This document shows, in pieces, positions 8,234 through 17,813 of a DNA stretch of 50,776 nt (position 1 is the first letter of the stretch; each line of letters begins with the position of its first letter). Source of the stretch: Defluviitaleaceae bacterium (GTDB taxonomy: Bacteria; Bacillota; Clostridia; Lachnospirales; WRAX01); assembly GCA_009780415.1 (NCBI GenBank), contig WRAC01000017.1:1-50776 (forward strand), read 5' to 3'. The notes beneath the pieces are model-generated. The model saw only the letters and a list, made by a program, of their open reading frames with translations. It ran no database searches and was not told the origin of the DNA. Both the position numbers and the translations under genes were made by a program.

Positions 8234-9574
8234 ATGAAACGACGACGAGTAATTATTATCGGGGCCGCGGGGCGGGATTTCCACAATTTCAACACTGTTT
8301 ACAGGGACAACTCCGCTTACGAAGTAGTTGCATTTACAGCAGCGCAGATACCGGATATAGCGGGCCGACGATACCCGGCGGAGCTGGCGGGCAGCCTGTA
8401 TCCGGCGGGCATACCGATACACGACCAAGCGGAACTGGAGGTCTTGATAAAAGACCTGTCTGCGGACGAATGTGTCTTTTCATACAGCGATATACATTAT
8501 AACGATGTAATGGCTCTTTCCGCGAAGATAAACGCCGCGGGGGCGGACTTTACGCTGCTGGGCCATAAATATACCATGTTGAAAAGCACAAAACCAGTTA
8601 TCGCTATAGGCGCGGTGCGCACGGGCTGCGGCAAGAGCCAAACCGCGCGGCGCGTTGCGGAGATACTTATCGCGAACGGCTTGAAGGTGATTGCCGTGCG
8701 CCATCCCATGCCTTACGGTGATTTGGCGGCGGCGAAGGTGCAGCGTTTCGCGGTTATTGAGGATCTTAAAAAACATAATTGCACCATCGAGGAGATGGAG
8801 GAATACGAGCCGCACATTACGCGCGGAAACGTTATCTACGCGGGTGTGGATTATGAGGCCATACTCCGCGCCGCCGAAAACGACCCGGACGGCTGCGACG
8901 TTATCCTGTGGGACGGCGGCAACAACGACTTCCCGTTCTATAAACCCGACATGATGATCACGGTTGTTGACCCGCACAGGCCCGGGCATGAGCTTAATTA
9001 TTATCCGGGCGAGGTTACGCTGAGATTGTCCGACGTTGTTGTCATTAATAAGATTGACAGCGCCGATTATGACGGCATTCAAGCCGTACGCGCCAATATC
9101 GCAGGCGTGAACCCGGACGCGGTTGTTATTGACGCCGCTTCGCCCTTAACCGTTGAAAACCCGGATATCATTAAGGGCAAACGGGTTTTGGTAATCGAGG
9201 ACGGCCCGACGCTTACCCACGGCGACATGAAGATCGGCGCGGGCGTTGTGGCGGCGAAGCGCTTCGGCGCGGCGGAACTTGCTGACCCAAGGCCGTATGC
9301 CGTGGGTAAGCTTGCCGGTACCTTCGTAAAGTATCCGGAAATCGGCAGGATACTGCCCGCTATGGGATACGGCGAAGAACAGCAATCCGACCTTTCCGCC
9401 ACCATTAACAAAGTTGATTGTGACGCCGTGATCATCGCCACGCCCATCGACCTCGCGCGCGTTATCAAGATTGACAAGCCCTGCACGCGGGTGGAATACA
9501 GCCTGCAGGAAATCGGGCGCCCCGATATGGAGGATGTCCTGACTGATTTCATTAAACGAGTTAAAGGGGAATAA
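8234..9574 (+). CDS. Uncharacterised P-loop NTPase-fold protein, cyclic 2,3-diphosphoglycerate synthetase-like / DUF1611-like
   Basis: 446 aa. The N-terminal part looks Rossmann-like (VIIIGAAGRDFHNF). A central P-loop reads AIGAVRTGCGKSQTA. RBS GGAAGGGTG. The family assignment is from memory of cPGS-like architecture and is tentative. Confidence 0.6.
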   Translation: MKRRRVIIIGAAGRDFHNFNTVYRDNSAYEVVAFTAAQIPDIAGRRYPAELAGSLYPAGIPIHDQAELEVLIKDLSADECVFSYSDIHYNDVMALSAKINAAGADFTLLGHKYTMLKSTKPVIAIGAVRTGCGKSQTARRVAEILIANGLKVIAVRHPMPYGDLAAAKVQRFAVIEDLKKHNCTIEEMEEYEPHITRGNVIYAGVDYEAILRAAENDPDGCDVILWDGGNNDFPFYKPDMMITVVDPHRPGHELNYYPGEVTLRLSDVVVINKIDSADYDGIQAVRANIAGVNPDAVVIDAASPLTVENPDIIKGKRVLVIEDGPTLTHGDMKIGAGVVAAKRFGAAELADPRPYAVGKLAGTFVKYPEIGRILPAMGYGEEQQSDLSATINKVDCDAVIIATPIDLARVIKIDKPCTRVEYSLQEIGRPDMEDVLTDFIKRVKGE

Positions 9575-9576
9575 AT

Positions 9577-10257
9577 ATGGGTTCAATTTCAAACGAAGTA
9601 AAAACGCAGGTACTGACGCAGGCGCTGCCTTACATCCAGCGTTATACCGGTAAGGTTATCGTCGTTAACTATGGCGGGAGCGCGGACGGTAAGCGCGAGA
9701 ACATCGATGCTTTGATGAGTGACCTTGTGCTGCTGGATACGATAAACGTTAAAGTTGTATTGGTTCACGAGGAATGCGGGGATGTAGCCGGAATGCTGGA
9801 GTTGTCCGCCGCTATTAACAAAGCCGGGGGCAAGGCCCTTGCTCTGTGCGGAGCGGATAAAGAAACGGTTGAAGGCGCGCTGGGACTGGGTTACATACCC
9901 GTTGTGGCGGCGATTGATTACGACAACGGCAAGGCCCTTAAAGGCAGCGCGGACAACACGGCGGCACGGATTGCCGGGGAGCTGAAAGCCGAAAACATGA
10001 TCGCCATTACCAATGTGCGCGGTGTCCTTAAAGACCCCTCGGACGACAGCACGCTGATTTCGGAGCTTTCTATCAGCGATGTGCCTTATTTGACCAAGCA
10101 GGGCGTTATCACCGGCGGCATGACTGAAAAAGTCGCTTCCTGTGTCGAAGCTATCCGCAGAGGCGTTAAAAAGGCGTTTATTATCGACGGAAACATAGCC
10201 CATGCCATACTTATTGAATTGTTCTCGGATGAGGGCATCGGCACAATGATTATTTAA
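9577..10257 (+). CDS. Amino-acid kinase family protein, degenerate acetylglutamate kinase (ArgB)-like
   Basis: The N-terminus LPYIQRYTGKVIVVNYGGSA and the C-terminal block ISGGMTEKV...AFIIDGNIAHAILIELFSDEGIGTMI align to ArgB. The HGGGPQ glycine loop is replaced by HEECGD. About 40 aa of the N-acetylglutamate lid region is absent. Total length is 226 aa. Confidence 0.7.
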   Translation: MGSISNEVKTQVLTQALPYIQRYTGKVIVVNYGGSADGKRENIDALMSDLVLLDTINVKVVLVHEECGDVAGMLELSAAINKAGGKALALCGADKETVEGALGLGYIPVVAAIDYDNGKALKGSADNTAARIAGELKAENMIAITNVRGVLKDPSDDSTLISELSISDVPYLTKQGVITGGMTEKVASCVEAIRRGVKKAFIIDGNIAHAILIELFSDEGIGTMII

Positions 10258-10271
10258 GGGAGGCGAAAACG

Positions 10272-11189
10272 ATGAGATTTTATCCAAAGCATTTTTTAAC
10301 CATGCAGGAACTGTCGGGCGAAGAGATTATTGAGCTGCTGAACATCGCCGACCAGTTAAAATACGAAAAAAAGAACGGCATACCCCATCCGCGCCTTGCG
10401 GGTAAGACTTTAGGCATGATATTCCAAAAATCCTCCACAAGGACGCGCATATCCTTTGAGGTGGGCATTTATCAGCTTGGCGGTACGGCTTTATTCCTCA
10501 GCCCAAATGATTTGCAAATCGGGCGCGGCGAGCCGCTGTCCGACACGGGCCGCTGTCTGGCGCGTTATCTGGACGGTATTATGATACGCACTTACGCCCA
10601 TGAGGATGTGGAACGCCTGACGGAATACGGTATACCCGTCGTAAACGGCCTTACGGATTACGCGCACCCCTGCCAGGTTCTGGCGGATTTAATGACCATA
10701 CGCGAGTATAAGAGCACGTTGAAGGGTCTGAAGCTGACGTTTATCGGCGACGGTAACAACATGGCAAATTCGTTGATTACGGGCTGTTTGAACGTTGGGA
10801 TGAGCATAAGCATAGCTTGCCCCAAGGGTTATGAGCCGCATGAAAAGGTGCTTGCCTATGCCGCCGGATTCGGCGATAAGTTTACGCTTACCGACAACAT
10901 TCAGAAGGCATGCGAGGGCTCCGATGTGCTGGTTACGGACGTTTGGGCGTCGATGGGCCATGAAGCCGAGGCCGCTAAACGGCTTGAGGCTTTCAAGGGT
11001 TATCAGATTAACGACAAAACCCTTTTCTACGCCAATGCAGAAGCCATGGTGCTGCACTGCCTACCCGCCCACAGGGGTGAGGAAATTACAGAGGAAGTGC
11101 TGGAACGCCACGCCGGTATGATTTTCGACGAGGCCGAAAACAGGCTTCACGCGCAAAAGGCTATTTTGATTAAACTTATGGAGAAGTAG
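10272..11189 (+). CDS. argF: Ornithine carbamoyltransferase
   Basis: Carbamoyl-phosphate motif STRTR, HPCQ, DVWASMG, HCLPAHRGEE, and a C-terminal FDEAENRLHAQKA. RBS AAGGGAGG. Confidence 0.88.
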   Translation: MRFYPKHFLTMQELSGEEIIELLNIADQLKYEKKNGIPHPRLAGKTLGMIFQKSSTRTRISFEVGIYQLGGTALFLSPNDLQIGRGEPLSDTGRCLARYLDGIMIRTYAHEDVERLTEYGIPVVNGLTDYAHPCQVLADLMTIREYKSTLKGLKLTFIGDGNNMANSLITGCLNVGMSISIACPKGYEPHEKVLAYAAGFGDKFTLTDNIQKACEGSDVLVTDVWASMGHEAEAAKRLEAFKGYQINDKTLFYANAEAMVLHCLPAHRGEEITEEVLERHAGMIFDEAENRLHAQKAILIKLMEK

Positions 11190-11200
11190 GATATTTTACT

Positions 11201-11236
11201 ATCCCGGGCGGATTTCCCGTCCGGGATAATTTTTAT
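11201..11236 (+). terminator. Rho-independent terminator after the OTC gene
   Basis: ATCCCGGGCGG-ATTTC-CCGTCCGGGAT hairpin followed by AATTTTTAT. Confidence 0.55.
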
Positions 11237-11250
11237 GGAGGATTTAACAG

Positions 11251-11901
11251 GTGGCGGTATACTATTTTTTCAGCGGGTTTGATAAGGACAAAGGTTTTTC
11301 GCCCGAAATAGGGCAAAGCCTGCGAGAGTGTATTACAGCGCGAAAATCACTTTTGTTTATCGCATCATCCCCTAGCGCGCATGAAAAAACCGATTTTTAT
11401 ATAAACATTACAATTAATTTGTTTCGTAATATTGGCGTTGAATTTGAAAATTACGATGTGCTTGATGACAGGAAACCAAAAACGGAATACGCGGAACTGC
11501 TTAAAAATGCCTGCGCTGTTTTTTTATGCGGCGGCACAACCTTGCTGCAAATTGATTTTTTGCGGAAGAATGACCTCATACCATTATTAAAGCAATCAGG
11601 CGGCGTAATAATGGGTGTGAGCGCCGGCGCGATAAATATGGCTGTCACGTCATTTTATTCAGCGGACAAGGACCACGGACAAACGCATACATACGAGGGT
11701 ATCGGGCTTGCGGATATATCCGTTGAACCGCATTTTTCGATTGAAAATACCGTCTTGCTCGAAAAAGAATTATTACCTTTTTCAGAAAAAACAGATATTT
11801 ACGCTATGTGCGACGGCAGCGCAATTAAAGTCTGCGATGGCAAAAGGGAATATTTCGGCGATATCTACCTTATCTCAAAAGGTAATGTAAAACAGTTGTG
11901 A
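11251..11901 (+). CDS. Peptidase S51 family (dipeptidase E-like)
   Basis: GTG start with a GGAGGA RBS. Motifs CGGTTLLQ...GVSAGAIN (S51 nucleophile-Ser region). 216 aa. Confidence 0.7.
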   Translation: MAVYYFFSGFDKDKGFSPEIGQSLRECITARKSLLFIASSPSAHEKTDFYINITINLFRNIGVEFENYDVLDDRKPKTEYAELLKNACAVFLCGGTTLLQIDFLRKNDLIPLLKQSGGVIMGVSAGAINMAVTSFYSADKDHGQTHTYEGIGLADISVEPHFSIENTVLLEKELLPFSEKTDIYAMCDGSAIKVCDGKREYFGDIYLISKGNVKQL

Positions 11902-12782
11902 ATATGCCGTCACAATCATCCAAAGAAACGCCGGGAGCATACTTGGTCATCTTCGCCGTATTATGCACCTCCGCGTCTTCTATTTTTATCAGGCTGTCAG
12001 GCATGCCGCCGCTGGCTATCGCGTTTTACCGCATGTTAGCTTCTGCGGCTTTTCTTGCCGTGCCGTTTATCCGTGATAAAAACGGGGTTAAATCCATAAA
12101 GAAACGCGACCTGATTTTATGCGGTTTTTCAGGAATCGCGCTGGCGCTGCATTTCGCCACATGGATAGTCTCGCTCACGTTGACAACCGTGACGGCCTCA
12201 ACGGTTTTGGTGTCGCTAAGCCCTATTTTCGTCGCAATCATAAATATGCTCTTTTTCCGCAAAAAGCCGGGAAAAATCCTGTTTATCTGCCTTGCGCTTG
12301 CCATTTCGGGCACGGTAATCATTTCCGCCGGAAGTTTTGACGGTAACATGGGAAGCTTGACCGGCAATGCCCTTGCTCTCGCCGGGGCCTTTTTTGTGGC
12401 GGTTTACCTGATGATCGGCCAAGATGTGCGCAAACGCGTATCCACCGCCGTTTACGCGTTTTTGGTATATGGCTTCGCCGCCGCGGCCTTGCTTGTGTGC
12501 TGTCTGGCCTTCGCCCAGCCCCTTGCGCCTTACGGCCCCCTCGAGTATGCGAACATCGTGTTGATGGCCCTTGTATGCTCAATCGGCGGGCACACCCTTT
12601 ATAACATGCTGTTAAAGTTTCACGGGGCGGCGCTTATATCCCTCGCATCCCTTGGAGAGCCTGTTTTCGCCAGCATTCTGGCGGTTATTATCCTCTCCGA
12701 GCCGCCCCCCCTAACGGCCATTGCCGGCGGTGTTCTGGTCGTTGCTGGGGTAGCGGCTTTTATTGTTAAAGGAAAATCCTAA
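11898..12782 (+). CDS. EamA/DMT family transporter
   Basis: 10 predicted TM helices in a duplicated EamA-like arrangement. The start overlaps the upstream stop as GTGA. Confidence 0.75.
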   Translation: MNMPSQSSKETPGAYLVIFAVLCTSASSIFIRLSGMPPLAIAFYRMLASAAFLAVPFIRDKNGVKSIKKRDLILCGFSGIALALHFATWIVSLTLTTVTASTVLVSLSPIFVAIINMLFFRKKPGKILFICLALAISGTVIISAGSFDGNMGSLTGNALALAGAFFVAVYLMIGQDVRKRVSTAVYAFLVYGFAAAALLVCCLAFAQPLAPYGPLEYANIVLMALVCSIGGHTLYNMLLKFHGAALISLASLGEPVFASILAVIILSEPPPLTAIAGGVLVVAGVAAFIVKGKS

Positions 12783-13315
12783 ACAATCGTTTTAACCCAA
12801 TACCTACGTGTTCGGATCATTTTCCCGCCAATATTGTTATCCACCGTATCCAAATATTCTCCGCCGTTTTTCTCTATAACGCGCCAGGAACCGATGTTGC
12901 TGTCATTGCACGTAACCAGTGCGGATTCGATTCCCAAGCTCGCCGCCTCACGCAGCAGAAGCGACAACTGCATTGTGCCGTATCCCTTGTTCCACGCCCC
13001 CGCGCGGATTGCGTAGCCTATATGCCCGCCGAAGCACATCAGAGCGGGCGTAAGCTCGTGGCGGATGCTGCCCTCGCCTAAAAATTCCTTTTTATCCTCG
13101 TCCACAAGCCATAGTGTCGTTGCCGGCACATAACCCTCTTTAAGGTTTCTGCCCAGTCTGTTATCTTCAAACCCGCGGAACAAATCAGGCGCCCATTTTT
13201 CATAATCATCCGGATCGTTAAGGCTGTACGACAAAAGCCCCAATTCCTTAAATTCCCGGCACGCTTCCAGATAACTCTGCAAGTAAACAGGTGATGGCGT
13301 AACAAGCTTTAACAT
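12779..13315 (-). CDS. GNAT family N-acetyltransferase
   Basis: Motifs GHIGYAIRAGAWNKGYGT and CNDSNIGSWRVIEKNGGEY match GNAT motifs A and B. An RBS GAGGAGG lies upstream. Confidence 0.75.
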   Translation of the reverse strand: MLKLVTPSPVYLQSYLEACREFKELGLLSYSLNDPDDYEKWAPDLFRGFEDNRLGRNLKEGYVPATTLWLVDEDKKEFLGEGSIRHELTPALMCFGGHIGYAIRAGAWNKGYGTMQLSLLLREAASLGIESALVTCNDSNIGSWRVIEKNGGEYLDTVDNNIGGKMIRTRRYWVKTIV

Positions 13316-13318
13316 ACC

Positions 13319-14527
13319 CTACCGCCGCCTCCTCGTCATTTCCATCAGCCCAAGGCGTGTCATGCCTTCAACAACAGTAATAGCGGGATCCTTTCTTAGT
13401 TCGTCCTTCAATTCCCGGGTAAGGGCCGCGATGTTTTCCGGCTCCTTCATCCCAATAAAATCAATGATAATAATGCCGCCCAGATTACGCAGCCGCAATT
13501 GTTTCGCTGTTTCACGCGCGGCCTCGATGTTTATTTTCAATGCCATATCCTCAAGGCTTTTCCGGCCCGAATACTGGCCTGAGTTTACGTCTATGACCAC
13601 ACATGCCTCTGTTCTATCTATTATAATACGGCCGCCGGAGGGCAGATATACCATCCTGTGCCTGGTAGTTTCATATGGTTTGCTTAGATTATATGTAGTA
13701 AATGCCTGGCCCTGAACCAGCGTTACCTTTATGCCCCTTGCCGCGTAAGCCTCCGTAAGCAGTGCGTGTTCGTCGGCGTTGTTAATAATTATTTCCCGTA
13801 CATTGGTACCGGCTCCGGCCATCAATTCCGCGGCAAGCATAACACACGCGCTGGCGTGGGGTTTATATGCCGGTACAGGGAGCCGGTCTTTGTCAAAGCC
13901 GTCTTTAACCGCTTCCGTTATCAGCGCCTCTGTTTCGGCAACCGCGCGTGCCAGTTGATTCAGCTCGGCATCAAGAAAGCTTGAGGCCGCATTCGCAGCG
14001 TCTGTCCTAATTATTATATTTTTATCAGGCAAAGCGATTTTTTCAAGTAGTTCCCCGGTTATCCTCAAAAGCCTTTCGCGCTCTGTTTCGGATGTAATCT
14101 TCTTTGATATACTTATCCTTCCAAGTTCAGTATCTATATTTTCTGGTTGTTGTATATGTTCTATAACAAAAAATCTACCGGGCCATGTCAGCTTTGTGGT
14201 TACGTATGCCCCCTTTTCGCGGCACGCGTCCCTTGTGACCTGTACCGCCACCGGATGCCCGGCTTTTACGGTTCCAACCGCCGCCGTATCCTTGTTGTCA
14301 TTAAGGTTCAGGAACGCGTTGCGTTCCTGCCCGATATCCACAAAAGCGAAGCCGTTTTTATTAACGGCTTCCACAATGCCGACATATATATTACCCGACG
14401 CGGACTCCTTACCCTGATTGGTATCCATAAATTCAATAGGTTCGCCGTTTTCCGCAAGCGCCGCCTTTGATCCGTTTTCATCTTTATCAATGATAATACG
14501 CCATTCAGCGCTAAGCTTAACCGGCAT
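13319..14527 (-). CDS. rng: Ribonuclease G/E family endoribonuclease (catalytic domain)
   Basis: Contains RLRNLGGIIIIDFIGM and an S1-like N-terminus. The ATG at 14527 is the preferred start. The track's TTG at 14569 has no RBS. Confidence 0.8.
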   Translation of the reverse strand: MPVKLSAEWRIIIDKDENGSKAALAENGEPIEFMDTNQGKESASGNIYVGIVEAVNKNGFAFVDIGQERNAFLNLNDNKDTAAVGTVKAGHPVAVQVTRDACREKGAYVTTKLTWPGRFFVIEHIQQPENIDTELGRISISKKITSETERERLLRITGELLEKIALPDKNIIIRTDAANAASSFLDAELNQLARAVAETEALITEAVKDGFDKDRLPVPAYKPHASACVMLAAELMAGAGTNVREIIINNADEHALLTEAYAARGIKVTLVQGQAFTTYNLSKPYETTRHRMVYLPSGGRIIIDRTEACVVIDVNSGQYSGRKSLEDMALKINIEAARETAKQLRLRNLGGIIIIDFIGMKEPENIAALTRELKDELRKDPAITVVEGMTRLGLMEMTRRRR

Positions 14528-14544
14528 TAAAATACGCCTTTTCT

Positions 14545-15219
14545 TCAAAATATCAGCTCCCGTCTGCAATACTCAGTGGTAAATCCACATAATTTTATAT
14601 TTGTTATAGAACAAAGCACATCAGCTAAAACCTGCGGTTTAAGGTTACCGCTTCCTCCGCAGGCCACAAGTGCCTCCACAACATTTCCATCAGCGCGAAG
14701 CTCATAAACAAGCCCGCGAATATCGGTTTCCTTGGGTGGCTGCCCTTCCCTGCGCACGCTGATAAATACATTTTCACGCGACAAAAAATCCCTCACCGCT
14801 CCGTTCATGTCCGGTTCAATCCCATCCGCGCGTATGGTCATCCCATACAACGCCCTGCGCAAAAGGGCCGCCGCGGATTTTTCACCCGAAGACAGCTCTG
14901 AACAAGATAACGCGGTAAGCCCAGAGGGAAAAGAGGAATTAAGCCTCCCTACAATATCGTCCGGTGCGATCCGCTCCGCCAAATCAATGTCCGATATTTC
15001 GGCAAGCCCGTCCGTCCCGACAGACAGCGGGCTGGCGAAGGATATAATTGGGTGCGGGTTAAAGCCTTCCGAATAACGCGATTTTATACCCGCGCGGCGA
15101 ATTGCGCGCTGGAAGAGGTTTTGCAAGTCCAAATGCCCTATATAACGCGCCACACCGGTCTTTTCATAGGTTAATCTATATCTGAAAAAATTATTTATTG
15201 TCGCGGCCTCCTTTATCAT
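14545..15219 (-). CDS. DUF2344 (TIGR03936) radical-SAM-linked protein
   Basis: Reads RYIGHLDLQNLFQRAIRRAGIKSRYSEGFNPHPIISFASPLSVG. The start ATG at 15219 overlaps the radical SAM gene's stop as ATGA. The track's N-terminal extension to 15264 is rejected. Confidence 0.75.
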   Translation of the reverse strand: MIKEAATINNFFRYRLTYEKTGVARYIGHLDLQNLFQRAIRRAGIKSRYSEGFNPHPIISFASPLSVGTDGLAEISDIDLAERIAPDDIVGRLNSSFPSGLTALSCSELSSGEKSAAALLRRALYGMTIRADGIEPDMNGAVRDFLSRENVFISVRREGQPPKETDIRGLVYELRADGNVVEALVACGGSGNLKPQVLADVLCSITNIKLCGFTTEYCRRELIF

Positions 15220-16958
15220 ATCGAGCAGCCCGCCGCGCCGCAATTTGAACAAGCATCCCGGCAATTGGGCGTCGCAAGCCCTTTACGCGCGCGTTCCATT
15301 TCTGAAATCAGGAAATGCTTGTCCACCCCGGTCTGCACATGATCCCAGGGCAGGATTTCATCATATGCCCGTTCTCTTTGACAGTAATAATCCATCGACA
15401 GCCCGGCTTTATCAAACGCTTCATGCCAAATGTCGTAATTAAACATTTCCGACCATCCGTCAAATCTCGCGCCCAATTTGAACGCTTGTAAAATAGCCTG
15501 TCCCGTGCGCCTGTCCCCGCGCGCCAGCGCTCCCTCAACAATTGAAGCGTCTGCATTATGATATGAAAACTTGATATGCTTTGAACGGATAAGCCGTTTC
15601 AGCATTCGCTGCTTCTCCGTCAATTCCTCAATACTTGCCTGCGCCGCAAATTGGAACGGGGTGTGCGGTTTCGGCACAAAGCAGGAGGCGCTGAGATTCA
15701 CTTGCAAACCCTTGCCGCGCTGGTATTTCGGTATGTTATAGAACACATCAACGACTTTATCCGCAAGTTCCGCTATGGCCGTAATATCCTCGTCCGTCTC
15801 AAAGGGCAGCCCAATCATAAAATAGAGCTTTACTCGCGTCCAGCCGCCCAAAAACGCCAGACGGCAGCCTTCCAGTATTTCTTCCTCAGTAAGATTCTTA
15901 TTGATAATATCGCGGAGACGCTGGGAACCCGCCTCCGGCGCAAATGTAAGGCCGGACTTGCGTTCACCCGCGATGCGTCCCATCAGCTCAAGGGAAAACG
16001 CGTCAACCCTAAGCGACGGCAGGGAAAGCGATATGTTTTCGCCAAGCTCCATCGCGCCGGATGAAAGCTCGGCAAAACGGCTGTAATCGCCTGTTGAGAG
16101 CGAGAGCAGCGATATTTCGTCATAGCCGGTGCAGGCCAGCATGTGCTTTGCGTGGTTCAGCAGCAGCTCGGGCGGGCGTTCGCGGCAGGGTCTGTATATA
16201 TATCCGGCCTGACAGAACCGGCAGCCGCGTATACAGCCGCGAAAAATTTCCAAAGCCGCACGGTCGTGGACGGATCCCAGGTTGGGTACAAGAAAGTTCT
16301 CCGGTAAAAAAGCGGTATCCAGATTATCCGGGACGGCTTTTTTAACTGTTTTAAAATGCCTTGGTACATAAACACCCGGAAGCGCGGATATTTCAGCTAA
16401 AAAGCGCTCTTTTCCGTTCTTGTTCGCGATATATGCATCCAAAACCGCGTCAAGCCCCGCTTCTGCTTCGCCTATATAGAAAAAATCGACGAAATCAGCC
16501 AGCGGCTCAGGATTGCATGTAGCCGGGCCTCCGGCGCAGATAACGGGCCAATCATCCCCCCGTTCCGCCGGAAGCAGCGGAATTCCTGACAAATCAAGCA
16601 TATTCAGCACATTTGTATAGCTTAATTCATGGTTTAACGAAAAACCCAGTATATCCATCACCGATAAGGGATTGCCAGTTTCAAGGGTTACCAGCTTTAA
16701 GCCGTTTTCTTTCATCAGCGCTTCCATATCTGTCCACGGGGCGAAGGCGCGTTCGCAATAAACATCTCCGCGCGCGTTCAACAAGGAGTAAAGGACATCC
16801 AGGCCGCTCCAGCTCATGCCTACTTCGTAAACATCCGGGAAGCACAGGCAAAACCTTGCGTCAACGGCATTCTTGTCCTTCATAACCGCCCCGGTTTCGC
16901 CGCCCGTATACCGCGCCGGCTTTTGCACACGCATTAAAACGCTGTGAGGATAATTCAT
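15216..16958 (-). CDS. B12-binding-domain radical SAM protein (TIGR03960 family)
   Basis: 580 aa. There is a CxxxCxxC-type cluster region (RGCRFCQAGYIY). It has the conserved neighbours DUF2344 and RNase G. Confidence 0.8.
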   Translation of the reverse strand: MNYPHSVLMRVQKPARYTGGETGAVMKDKNAVDARFCLCFPDVYEVGMSWSGLDVLYSLLNARGDVYCERAFAPWTDMEALMKENGLKLVTLETGNPLSVMDILGFSLNHELSYTNVLNMLDLSGIPLLPAERGDDWPVICAGGPATCNPEPLADFVDFFYIGEAEAGLDAVLDAYIANKNGKERFLAEISALPGVYVPRHFKTVKKAVPDNLDTAFLPENFLVPNLGSVHDRAALEIFRGCIRGCRFCQAGYIYRPCRERPPELLLNHAKHMLACTGYDEISLLSLSTGDYSRFAELSSGAMELGENISLSLPSLRVDAFSLELMGRIAGERKSGLTFAPEAGSQRLRDIINKNLTEEEILEGCRLAFLGGWTRVKLYFMIGLPFETDEDITAIAELADKVVDVFYNIPKYQRGKGLQVNLSASCFVPKPHTPFQFAAQASIEELTEKQRMLKRLIRSKHIKFSYHNADASIVEGALARGDRRTGQAILQAFKLGARFDGWSEMFNYDIWHEAFDKAGLSMDYYCQRERAYDEILPWDHVQTGVDKHFLISEMERARKGLATPNCRDACSNCGAAGCSI

Positions 16959-17039
16959 GTAATCTCCATCTATAGGCCTTTTCAGGCATGATATAGAATT
17001 ATATCACATAAACCCGGCGTGTACAAATATTTCGTTAAA

Positions 17040-17804
17040 TTATTGAACAGGGTTCCGATGCTGCCGCCCTTCAACATCAATGTAATAATCGTTTTTATAT
17101 ATCAGCTCGGAAACCGGCACACATTTGTACCCTTTACCATCCATGCCATTGATTATTTGCTCCAAAACAGACGCAGTATACTTTCCATCCGTATGAAACA
17201 GGATAATCGAACCGTTTTTTAATTTCTTGTTGTGTAATACGCGGTTGATAATATCTTGCTCACCTCGATTCATCCAGTCCAAGCTATCCACATCCCATTG
17301 AATCATTGTGTACCCCAAGCTCTCTGCGGCTGTGACGACCGTATTATTATACTCTCCGTACGGGCCGCGGTACAGCTCCATATCAATGCCGATGATGTGC
17401 TTAACTTTCTTATGCAGGCCGGTTATCTCGTTTTTGTTTGCTTCCAAAGAAATGGAGGCGACGTGGGCGTGTGTGTCGCCATGGTTGCCTATGTCATGCC
17501 CTGCGGCATAGATTTTTTTAAGGATTTCCGGGTATTTTTCCACCCAGGAGCCGCATAAAAAAAAGGAAGCCTTTATCCCGTGTTTTTCCAATATATCAAG
17601 AATGGTTTCAGTGTCGGCAGCGTCCCAGGCCGCGTTAAAGGTCAGTGAAACCAGTTTTTCCTGCGTGTTTACGCTAAAGATAGGTATTTTATATTTTTTC
17701 GTCTGTGCCACAACCGGACCTGCCTTAAATAACAGTATCATAACGGCGGCAAATGTAACCAAAATTAATCTTAACACAAGTTTTTTAGACTTTAGGATCA
17801 TCAT
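17040..17804 (-). CDS. Polysaccharide deacetylase (NodB domain; PdaB/CDA-like), secreted or membrane-anchored
   Basis: N-terminal TM or signal segment. NodB motifs TFNAAWD and HDIGNHGDTH. Confidence 0.8.
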   Translation of the reverse strand: MMILKSKKLVLRLILVTFAAVMILLFKAGPVVAQTKKYKIPIFSVNTQEKLVSLTFNAAWDAADTETILDILEKHGIKASFFLCGSWVEKYPEILKKIYAAGHDIGNHGDTHAHVASISLEANKNEITGLHKKVKHIIGIDMELYRGPYGEYNNTVVTAAESLGYTMIQWDVDSLDWMNRGEQDIINRVLHNKKLKNGSIILFHTDGKYTASVLEQIINGMDGKGYKCVPVSELIYKNDYYIDVEGRQHRNPVQ

Positions 17805-17813
17805 AAAGGCTCC

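Noticed and set aside
8480-10287. Long minus-strand ORFs 8480-9082, 9079-9552, 9146-9592 and 9589-10287
   Set aside because: They are antisense to plus-strand genes whose products have clear homology (P-loop protein, ArgB-like). High GC content generates long open antisense frames.
14528-14569. TTG start extension of RNase G and 15220-15264 extension of DUF2344
   Set aside because: Neither has an RBS, and the DUF2344 extension overlaps an upstream CDS. Internal ATGs give proper spacing and coupling (ATGA) and match the conserved N-termini.
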